Of a stretch of DNA of 64,000 nt, positions 53,801 to 64,000 are shown in pieces. The notes below the pieces were generated by a model. The model did no database searches. It saw only the letters and a list, made by a program, of their open reading frames with translations, and had not been told where the DNA came from. Location of the stretch: the NCBI RefSeq assembly GCF_036321535.1, contig NC_087436.1, forward strand, positions 50,718,001-50,782,000. Reading direction: 5' to 3'. Numbering within the stretch: the stretch's first letter is position 1; each line of letters begins with the position of its first letter. The position numbers were made by a program, and so were the translations under genes. This DNA is from Camelus dromedarius. Its lineage: Eukaryota.

Positions 53801-55051
53801 TTTTTTGCTCAAATTGTCATAAATAGAAAATGAAAATATTTTTGTCTAGCAGACATTTTAAACAATTATGTTGAAAAGTTATCTTTCAGGTTTTTATTTC
53901 AACAAAATTCTAAGCTGGATTCTAAAAGTAGCTCATTCAAGAGAGCCAAATGTCATTAGCTATTACAACCTAACCAGACAGGGAGACTCAGAGTGGAAAT
54001 TGGTCACTGAAGCTTTTCTTCCATAGTGCTCCAAAATAGATCTGCAACTGTTATACTGTCACTGTCCAGTACAAAACAGACTCTTTTTTCACAAAGTAGT
54101 TATTACAAACATGTTAATGTTTCCTAAACAAATAGGCAATACAATGAGAACTGTACACAGGCTGCAATGGGACTTAAGTTAAATATGTACTATTAAGGTA
54201 TTTATCAAAGTTGTCATTATTTCTAAGAAGCAATCTTCACATTAAATATTTAACAGCTTTAAAGAGGAAGCTACTCTATATTATTGATTCAAGAGGGAAA
54301 AAGTTTAGATTGAGTTTCCTTAATGCCTTTAATAGGAGTTAAATATTTGTTGACAGTAGGAATCTTTGGGGGGGGGGGAGTTTGAAAATCTAGCTACTAA
54401 ATCAAATATACTTTTTTTTAATATATTTTTATTGATTAAATACACTTTCCAATCTGCTTCAACTACACTCTATTTACAGAATATTGAAACTAATATAAAA
54501 CCAGCCACAATCAGAATCAACAGACAATTCAGAATTCAGGTTAAATCGGACTGTGGTGGGAGTAAAGAGATTTTTTGTTTTCCTTCTTGAGAGTTAAAAA
54601 CTCAGCAGTTAATTTATGCAAGTTAGTAAGGTAAATTGGCAACTGGGAACAAATGTTACAAAATGATCATATTCTTTGTACCTGGTATTACTATTGAGTG
54701 AATATATTCAAGGGTATAATTCAAAGGAGAAAAAAATAACAATTGGTACAGGGCTACTTATCACTGATCGCTATGAATAAAAAAGATACATAAAAACATT
54801 CCAAATTTCCAGCTGCAGGGGAATGGTTAGACCTACTGTGATGTTAATTTAAAATAAGATTATATACATAGTTGTTAGAACAAGATGAGGAATACATTAA
54901 AATATGTAAAGTGCTTCAGTAAAAGAACTAAGGGGGAAGAAGTCAATTTTACATAATTGCCACAATCAGAATAAACTTGTATAATCAAAAAACTATGACG
55001 TTTATAAACACTTGATTTGAAAGTTTTTTCATTTTGTTACAATTATGTTGC

Positions 55052-55186
55052 TTTTTTTTTTTTTTTTTTTTTGGCAGGGGAGGTAGTTAGGTTTATTTTA
55101 TTTTATTTTACAGGAGGTACTGGGGATTGAACCCAGGATCTTGTGTATGCTAAGCATGCACTCTACCACTTGAGCTATATCCTCCC
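55052..55186 (-). mobile_element. tRNA-derived SINE, same family, in CISD2 intron 1
   Basis: reverse complement of the 6411 element, with poly(T) on +. Confidence 0.88.
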
Positions 55187-56617
55187 AGCTTGCTGCTTAT
55201 GTTTAGATGTTTCTTTTTAATGTTTAGTCAGTTACAACCCTTTCTATTCAAAATCACCCTTTCTACCAAACCTCTTAACATCTAAAATGTTAAAATCTCA
55301 CCATCCATTTGTCAATAGAGCAAATGTCTCTGACCATAATTCAAAGAATCTCTAGATTTAGAACAGTTTCTAGTTTATCGCATCTAAATCTATTCACCAC
55401 CACATTGCCTTTTTTTTTTTTTTTTTAAATCTCTGAGAGGGCATCTCTCTCAAAGGACCCCATCTGTTTGGGTCAAGTATTCTCTAATTAAAAAAACAAT
55501 AATAATTCCTTGTATGAGAGCTGAAATCCACGTTCAGACAACCTGCACTCATTTGGTCCTAGTTCTGACTTTCAGTATACAGAGAATAAATCTTATTTTT
55601 CTTCCACCAGCCAGCCTTCCAAATACAGTATTTTAAAGTCAGCTACCATAGATCTCCAGACTGCTATAGGCTAAGCAACCCTGTTACCTCAAAATTATCT
55701 GAATTCCTGTTTACATTCCCTGATAGTCAGGACATATGAGTTCAATGTTTGCTTTATCAGTATGTTTGGGTTTTTTTCCCTCCTCATCCTAATCAGTCCC
55801 TGGTCTGGTTTACAAATATCCCACTCACACTTAATGCTCAGAACCCAACAAAATCTTCCAAGTGTTGACTGCATTCTGTTAATTTTCATCCTTCAAATGT
55901 GAAATCCAGAGTTGTGGATTCTATTTTCTAAAGGAGGTAACATATGTATAAAATGTTACATATATTCATTAAATTTCATCGTCTAATTCTTGGTCCATGT
56001 TACTAACCAAGGGATCTTTCCTCCAACTCGAGTGACCTAAACTGCCTCCAGGCCCGTAGTAACGGAAGTGACCTCAAATGCCCCCATTATCATGGGGGTC
56101 AACTCTTCCCTATGCGAATGGAGTTTATTTTCTAATTTTGTTACCAAAAAAAAAAAAAAAAAAAAACCTGCCAAACACATATTACGTGTATATGTGTTTC
56201 TCTCCCACACGCTCACGCCCACACTAAAGCTGGGGCGGCCTGATACACAGCGCCTTAGATAACGATGACTTACCCTGCTCTAAAATAAACACGCTGCAGG
56301 GAGCGATGGAGATGAAAAAGATGGGCCGGTTCCCAACTCAACCTTATCTGCAAACATCGGGTCTCCCACCAGGAAGGACAGCGGAGACAGCCACGAGGAC
56401 CAGCGCCCGGGGCCGCCAAGCACGAGAGCCGGCCTCTCCCGGGATCCCCAGCGGCGGAGCCAGCGCGCCCACCGCCCTCGCAGCGCAGGCTCACCGGGTC
56501 ACGCGCCAGCCGCCCAGCTCCGCCCCGCCCCTCGGCCCCAGGACTTTTAGGGGCCCGCCCCCACCCTCCGCCTTGGGAAACTTGCAAGGATGGGGACTGG
56601 CTGGAGGCTAGGATTAC

Positions 56618-56720
56618 CTGTGAGCCGGGCGAACCCAGTAATGCTCTCGGGGACTGGAAGCCGCTTAAGATAGGCGGGGAGCTGCACCTTCACGATGCGG
56701 GCCACGCTCTCCAGCACCAT
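56618..56720 (-). CDS. CISD2: CISD2 coding exon 1, MVLESVARIVKVQLPAYLKRLPVPESITGFARLT(V)
   Basis: gccagcATGG Kozak context, G|gtaatc donor, 103 coding nt; recognisable CISD2/NAF-1 N-terminus. Confidence 0.97.
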
Positions 56721-57064
56721 GCTGGCCAGCGGCGTCCGCTGCTCTCGGGACCCCCGCCGCTCTCCGGCCGAGCTGCCGCGCCTGCGCCGAGAGCGGAAGC
56801 GGCCGGCGGGCGCTCGCGGCCGCCGGGCGGGGGCGGGGCTGCGGGCTAGGAGGAGCGGTGACCTGCCCGGCGCCGATTGGCAGCGGGCGAGTGACGTGCG
56901 CTCTGGAGGCTGGCGAGGGGGCGCGGTGGCCCCGGAGCGGAGGGACGGCGAGGCCAGCCTTGGCATCTGGAGTTGGGAGAGGGCCCTCGCGGTGGGCCTT
57001 TGACGTCGGTAGACTTTGGCGCCCGCAGAAAGGACATTGTGTCTGATGAAATAAAGCAGGTAGA

Positions 57065-57101
57065 GTGTTTTGTAACCGGAAAGTGCCTTAGAAAAGTGAG
57101 T
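57065..57101 (+). other. UBE2D3: Candidate 3' end of the UBE2D3 distal first exon with AAA|gtgagt donor at 57095/57096
   Basis: strong donor; sequence resembles the recalled human MLSNRKCLSK N-terminus; fits the recalled UBE2D3-CISD2-SLC9B1 gene order; no UBE2D3 core exon in window. Confidence 0.55.
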
Positions 57102-60100
57102 TTCTCCTGGCGTCTCTTCTAACTTCAGCCCCTCTCGTCTCGGCCTCTTCTTCCCAGCCAGGACCCTAGGATTGCGTATTCCCTGCAGAACACCCTTCCC
57201 CTCTGTCCTAGCGGTGCATAATTTCGCTCTCGCCACTACTAGCCTATTTTTTTTAAAAAAAGAAGTGAAAATACTCTACCTAAACTAGGAACTGCTTACA
57301 GCTGTACTTCTTGGCCATTTAGTGCGTCCGAGGCCCTGAAGTAGTTGCCACTCGGAGACCCGTGAGAGTCCTGCCTTAGATAATTTCAGTTCCTTCTGCA
57401 GATCAGTTCTTTTTTCGGTTAACTAAAACTGGGAAAGTGGTGAAGGCTTAGGATTTCCTTTATTTTATGTTGCATGGCTTCTGCTACAATCTAAAGTGTC
57501 CGGGAAGATCATTAATTTTTATTAACACCTTTAAAAAAAATGAATTAAAGGGGGAAAAGAGACAGTTTCAGCCCCTTGAAGCCCCTTCTTTGACAAAAGT
57601 TTGTTTCATGTTTTTGCTGAAGTAAACTATCCCAAGTAACGCACTTGCTGAGTTGTGCATTGTTGAGTATGTGTATCTCAGTACACTGCCTCATTGCATT
57701 TCTGAACCCCACCTGACAAACAACACATAACACGGAACTGCGCAAGGTCCAAAATTTCATTTGGTATAACTTAATGTAGCAGCCAGTTGTGCTATATGGG
57801 TTTTATTTTTCCCTTTGTATTTTCCTCCTAAAGTGAGAAAGGGAAGGTTATTTTTTTAAGCAACTTTTCACTCTCTGGACTAAACAGTTTAATATTTGTG
57901 ATCGTGCTTCACTGAAAAAATAACCATCAGTAAGAGAGTTAATTGAAATATAGATAAACCAATTTTCTGTCACTTTACCCTGATCAAAATCATCAAAGTA
58001 AAGTGACAATGGAAATCTCTATGAAGATGTTTAGATGCAGCTTTATGTTCATGAGCTAAGGCAATGTAGAACATGATACACAAAGAGATGATTTAAAGAT
58101 TCACGTTTACATTAGGATTTCCTTTTAATTTCCTCTTGGGAGCCTAATTTTGGTTTGGTGGAAGAAGGACCCTGGAGCTTGTTGATCCTGAAGATGATTA
58201 TCTCAAGCAGCCTTGTCCTTGACACTGTTTTGTTGGAGTCATGGTTGAGGTAGGGGTCGGTTGATAGTGGGACCATTGGGGGAAGAGAAGCTTGGAGAAG
58301 GCCATTAAATATTTGTGTCTTAATTAGAGACTGTGCTGTCTTGACAAGGGTAAAACAAGCTGTGTTGAGTGAGATTCTTAAGTCCTGTTAAGAAGTTTTT
58401 CTTTAAAGGAATTAAAATATATATACTTCATTAGAGATATAGTCAAATGCTCAAGTGCCAAATATATAATTTGATGTGACAAACACCCAGATCCACATAT
58501 GCAGAATATACCAAACGCCTCATAGAGCTTCGTGTCCCTGCTAATCACATCCCCTTACCACCAATACCACTATTCTGTCTTGCTTTGCGTGTTCTTGAAC
58601 ATCATAGAAAAGGAATTATACAGTATGTAGGTTTTTTTGTGACTGGCTTCCTCTGAGCAGTTTATGTGGATAGTTGCTTTACTGTTTCCAAGTAGAAGAA
58701 ATGTAGTGAGTGGAAGTCTATATGGATGAAACATTTTTCTTTTCTTTTTTTTTTTTTTTTGGTCTTAAAATCTAAAGATGTGTCTGCAAATATTAGCTAT
58801 TTCTGATGCATTACATGAGTATGCTAATGTATAAAAGGAGATAGTTCCTAACCTACCAATTGAAAAAAATATTTATTGTGCATTACAGGGAATATTTTCT
58901 TAAATTTCCTTTACTTTAAGATTTAACTCCTGTATTTTTTAATTTGCATTTCATTTCCACAACCCTCCCTTCTTGGCAGTATTTGAAACAGAGGGGCTGA
59001 AGGTAATTTTGTTCCAAATAGAAAGGACAGGCTTATCTGACCACCTTCTGACAGTGTCCAATAAAATCTGGTTTTGTTAGTGTTTATTTTCTGTATTTAG
59101 ACCCCATCTTTAAAAAGTATAAAGTTATGATAAAAAAAAAAGTCCAGACAAAATAATCAATACGTGAATAAGGTTAAAGAAGTTTTTATTTAGTGTTGAG
59201 AACTTGAGTAAGGATCAGTAATCCTTTGCATGCTTTATGTCCTAGCCCAAATCTCTTATTTCTTTACATGCTTTCCCTCTGTAAGCTTGTCTAGTCCTGT
59301 GAATTCAGATATGATCAGTAAAGTTCATGTAGCCCGAAGAAGCTCTGTTGCCAGCCCAGATGTCTCTAGTATTAGTCTCAAATGCCTCCTGGACATCTCT
59401 AGGCATCTTTGCTCATTTTTCTATTGCTTTGCTCATCTTTTTCATTGATTTGTTTTCTGGATAATAATACATTGTTGGTTATATTGGTTACCTCTTGTCT
59501 TCCAGTCTGTGTCTTTTCTTTAACCTTTGTTTATGGTATCTTTTCTAATACTGATATTTAGTTTGAATGTAGTCAGATTTATTCATTTTTCCCTTATTTT
59601 CTGTTTTGGGGGTCTGGTTTAAAAACTCTTTTCCTAAAAAAAGAAAGAAATCCTTCCCTGCTTCAAAATCAAAAAGATATCCATCTATCTTTTTTGCTGA
59701 AAGTTTTAAACTTTTATTCTTCATATTTTATTCTTCTTTAATTAGCGTACTATTTTTGTGCATGACATAGAGATCTACTTTTATTTATTTTATATATGAA
59801 CAACTAATTGTTCTAGCAGCATTTACTGACTAGTTTAACTTTTTTTTCTTTTATGTTTGTAATGTCATTTTTGTTTGTTTGTTTGTTTTTTTGTTTGTTT
59901 GTAATGTCATTGATCTCAGATCATGTTTTCACATACCCATGGGTTGTTTATTCTTTTCCATTGTTCAGTTTTCTTCAAAATTTTCTTAGGAATGCCAGGC
60001 CCTTTCCTACTCTATATGAATTTCAGAGTCATCTTGTTAAGTTCTATGAAAAAGTTAAGAGAATGTTACTGAAAAATCCTTAGGGCCTCAATTTCTCCTC

Positions 60101-60740
60101 TGTAATACGCTGATAGTAATGATTGTTATGACTAGATATAACTAATTTTTTAGTGTGTTTTATGAATGGTTATTATCATCACTATCATCTTTATCATCAT
60201 CAATGAATGAACACTGACCTTGGCTTTGAGATCTTAAATTCCAAAATCCTACCCTCTGACCACAGCTTCATGTATTTGTTTATACATCATCCCCTCCCTT
60301 ACTCCCACCAACCTTATTCTTTCACTTCTTCAAAATATTTAGTGTTGAAACCATCTCTATTTTTCTAGTCTTGTCAGTCCATTCCTAGATTTATTTTTTT
60401 TCCCATTCCTCACAAAAGTTCCTCCAAATATTTACCGTTCTATATTATTTACTTAAGTCTTCTAATTGATACTATCAGGCTTATTTTGAACTCAGATGAC
60501 CTTGATTTTTAGCTACCAGAGAATCTTTCCTCACCATCATCTCTAAATGTGTCTGTAATTCCTCCCGTACTCAGCACTTGCCCTGTCCCTCAAGTCTGAC
60601 TGTTTCCCTGTGTTCTAAAACGGATCCTCCAAGATCTTTTTCCATCAGTTCTCTTTTCTCAAAGTTTCATTTTCTTGCTCTCTACTGGCTCTGTAAACTG
60701 GTGATTTCCAGGCTTTCATATTTCAGCAGCCAATAAATTT

Positions 60741-60852
60741 GGGGGTGGGGAGGCAACCAGATTTGTTTATTTAAGTGGAGGTAATGGGAATTGAACCCAG
60801 GACCTTGTGTATGCTAAGCATGTGCTCTACCACTGAGATATACCCTTCACCC
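60741..60852 (-). mobile_element. tRNA-derived SINE, same family, older copy
   Basis: gaattgaacccaggacct...ctctaccactgag core; decayed 19-nt flanking direct repeat. Confidence 0.85.
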
Positions 60853-60979
60853 TTCAGCAACTGGTAGATTTTTAATTGAGAAAATCAGCAGAGGTTTGCC
60901 AACTTTTTATTTTGTCAAGAAAAGATATTTAAAAGCAACACAATAAACAACAAAAAATGACTACCATCTACTGCTGGCA

Positions 60980-61190
60980 GGTAGTATAGCATAATAGTTA
61001 AGACCACAAGACTCTGGAGCTGGACTGGACTAGAATTCTGGCTCTACCAGGGTAAATTATATAACCTATAAGAAAGTAGGTAATACCTACCTCTTATGGT
61101 TGTATTGCATATATGAATTTAGTGAATTAATGTGTATAAAGCAATTGAAAGAGTACTTGGCACATATATACACACAGTAGTGTTAGCTTT
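60980..61190. mobile_element. MIR SINE remnant
   Basis: gcataatagttaaga...gactctggagc...taatacctacctc core. Confidence 0.65.
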
Positions 61191-62519
61191 TATCTTTGTC
61201 ATAATTATTATTTTTACATCACTGTCAGCGCATCTTTTTTTATTATAGCTGAACCTTGTTTTGTTTTTCACAGTGGTTGCTCTAGGGCTACACAGTCTGT
61301 TTGATAGTGCAGTGTGTCCATACTAATCACATGCGGCTCTTGGGGACCTGATTAAGATTGCTGTAAGTATAAGATGTTTAAGGGGACCCCATGCTAATTT
61401 CTCGAGCTCTTTCTCTATGTTTCTCCTGTCTCCCCTTTCTCTACAAAGATAACAAGTAGAGAGACAAAGAGTAGATTGTGCAAGTTTATAGAGAGAATAA
61501 AACAGGTTTCATATGACACATACAGAGGTGAATGAGTTGGACTTCTCAACAGCAGCTCTGGAAGTGAAAGGATATTGGAGCAGTGCTTCAAAATTCTTAA
61601 GGAAAATTACTTCTAACTTAGAATTGTGTACAAGCCAAGCTATCAATCAAACATAAGGCTAGAATAAAGTTATTTTCAAACCTAAAAGTTCTCAAATTTA
61701 CAGTTCATCCTTTCTCAAGAAGCTAATAGAGGATGTGTCCCCCACAATGAGGATTAGACCAAGAAGTAGGACATGTGATCAAGGAAATCAGAAACCTAAA
61801 GTAAGAGAGCGGTAAAAGGAATTGCAGACAGATAGACTGGATCAGTAAGATAAAATTAATGGAATGCCTAATACATTTGAACAAAGTGAGAGGAGACTTA
61901 CCCTCCTGGGTTCAAATTAATGATTTAAGTTTGGGGTTAAATTAATGATTATTACATGAGAAATGAAGCAAATTTTTTAAGAGGATTTTTATTACATCTT
62001 TCAGTTTATTTATTCAAACATTTTTAAGGGATAAACGAAGCTTTTTTTAAAAGAGTATTTTTATTTTGGTGCTTGGCATTATGTTATACTTCCCCTTTGT
62101 TTATAAGGAACCATGTTTTAACTGCCTTGCCTTACCCACAATGTTAAGAGGAAATGCAACAAACTGGAAATAAAAGCAAAACTAGAGAAAAAAATTGGTA
62201 TCTGTAAATTAATAACAAATGGTAAAACTATTTAAAAATAATCTTCGATAATACTTTGTGGTGCTGAAAACAAGCAGTATATAGAATTGCCTAATAGAAA
62301 ATTCCTAGAGACTTTCTAAGGTATAATTTTCTTAGGTATTAACAAATCTGTTCAAACTAATTTACTTTGATAACTTAGTACTACTCATTTTATGCCTAGC
62401 ATAGCAACGATCTGCCTGATATTTGACTTCTAGCCTCCAACTCTAAAATATCCTATACAAGGCTTTAAAAACAGTTGTTCTAAATGAAGGGTGTTTTTTT
62501 GTTTTTGTTTTTGTTTTTT

Positions 62520-62925
62520 GACAGACTTTATTTTTTAGAGAAGTTCTAGGTTTACAGAAAAATTGGGCAGGAAATATAGAGTTCCCATATGTTACTGTAT
62601 ACACACATATATACACTCAGTTTCTCCTATTATTAACATCTTGCATTAGTGTGGCACACTTGTTACAGTTGATAAACCAACATTGATTCATTACTATTAA
62701 CTGAAGTCCATAGTTTACATTAGGGTTTACTCCTTCTGTTGTACAGTTCTGTAGGTTTTGACAAACACATAATGTCATGTGTCCAGTGTTATAGTGTCGT
62801 ACAGAATAGTTTCACGGCCCTAAAAATGCCCTGTGTTCTACCTGTTCACCCCTACTCCCCTCCCACCCCCACCCCAAACCCCTGGCAAAAACTGATCTTT
62901 GTATTATCTCTATAATTTGGCCTTT
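62520..62925 (-). mobile_element. L1MC-like 3' end fragment
   Basis: homologous to 3050-3425; preceded by a T-rich tail on +. Confidence 0.75.
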
Positions 62926-64000
62926 TAAATGAATTTTCTACTGTCCTTTAAAACCTCTGTCTCTGGAATAGATCCATATATGTTAAAAAAGCAAGTTGTG
63001 GAAAATATGTATAGTATCCTATTATAAATTTTTAAAACTATACACATACACACATTTGATTGTGCATAGGAAATTTCTGGAAGGGGACACAGAAAAATGA
63101 CTAATTCTGTGGAAAGGAGTATGGGGAAGAGTTAATGAGGTCTTTTACTTTCTGCTTTCATTTTATTTGAATTTCTTACCATGTACGATATTATTTTATA
63201 ATTTAAAATACTTTAATTGTAAAGCTAAAATCTCTGGATGAAGATTTTTTCCCAGATATGAAAGCACTGGAACAACAAAGGAAAGACCCTAGAAATTTTA
63301 AAATTATTTGGTTAGATATTTAGTTGTTTGTATGTTTTTGTCTCTGTTCCCCATGCCATTTCCCATGACTAGAAAAGTTCACAAAGATTTTTATCTGTCT
63401 TGTTCACTGATGAATCCTTAGTGCCTGGCACTTGGTAGGTGCTCAGTAAAAATTTGTTTAATGAATAATTGAATTTTTAAAATATTAACTTGTTTTTTTT
63501 TAATTAAATATCTGCTCCTATAATTCTGCTTCAGTTGGCATATGTTGTTTTACTTTGTTGTGTTATATAGTGATTATACTCCTCAGCTGTCTAGGTATTT
63601 TGGTCCACAAGCTCATACTCTCTACCGCTCTTTCTGGTAATGGATGTGGAGGATGAGCAAAAGGGCAGACCCTAGTTCCCTTCCCACAAATTTAAGGAAC
63701 AGAGAGCAGAGGACTCCAGGCACCACAGAAGAGTTTAGTGCTCTCTGTTGGCTCCTGTTTCACTGGACAACTCATCTAGCAAGAATTTGCCTTGAAACTC
63801 ATAATCCAGCAGCAGAAGTCTGTTGTAATCCACCGAAATCCTGGAGGTTTGGGGAAGGAGTGGTGAAGTGAAGGTCCACTGCTCTAGAGTATCTGGTCAG
63901 CCCGCACCATTTTTTTTTAATCAGCAACTCACTTTAACAGACCCTTTATATTATCCTACACTAGGAAGCCTGATCTATTGCTGATGATTTCTGTAGTCAT

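Larger units (their letters stand above)
56230..57150. promoter_or_regulatory. CISD2: CpG island / CISD2 promoter, probably bidirectional
   Basis: only CpG-dense, GC-rich block in the window; GC boxes 56825-56839, ETS core CGGAAG 56794-56799, CCAAT (- strand) 56876-56880, GTGACGTG 56891-56898, CRE-like TGACGTC 57001-57007. Confidence 0.9.

Noticed and set aside
56270..57046. Other 60-105 aa ORFs in the CpG island
   Set aside because: Expected in GC-rich sequence; no recognisable domains
56547..57236. 229-aa minus ORF in frame with CISD2, including an ATG at 56966 that would add 82 aa
   Set aside because: Runs through promoter motifs in GC-rich, stop-poor DNA; low-complexity Arg/Pro/Ala peptide; the ATG at 56720 has good Kozak context and gives the known N-terminus. 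CAGE upstream of 56966 would reopen the question.

Overview
Mammalian genomic DNA, AT-rich and dense in L1, LTR and SINE repeats. Short tRNA-derived SINEs and a young L1 3' end suggest a camelid (inference). The + strand carries the last nine coding exons of SLC9B1 (NHA1 Na+/H+ antiporter), 10105-29802. All have canonical AG/GT sites, join in frame and give about 444 codons; the N-terminal exons lie upstream of the window. The - strand carries the complete three-exon CISD2 CDS (56720-46856, 135 aa) with its CpG-island promoter, so the two genes converge. Between them lie a 5'-truncated processed PABPC1 pseudogene (-) and a decayed ERV-L pol region (-). Two observations stand out. (1) A + strand splice acceptor and short ORF lie codon-for-codon antisense inside CISD2 coding exon 2 and are in phase with the SLC9B1 penultimate exon; they match my recollection of the alternative C-terminus of human SLC9B1 isoform 2, but a synonymous CISD2 codon truncates the tail here. 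(2) A divergent exon-like segment in the CISD2 promoter resembles the distal first exon of UBE2D3 but lacks its ATG and is frameshifted. All comparisons to human sequences are from memory and need checking. I found no CRISPR array, rRNA or genuine tRNA gene, and no evidence for a wholly new biological system.
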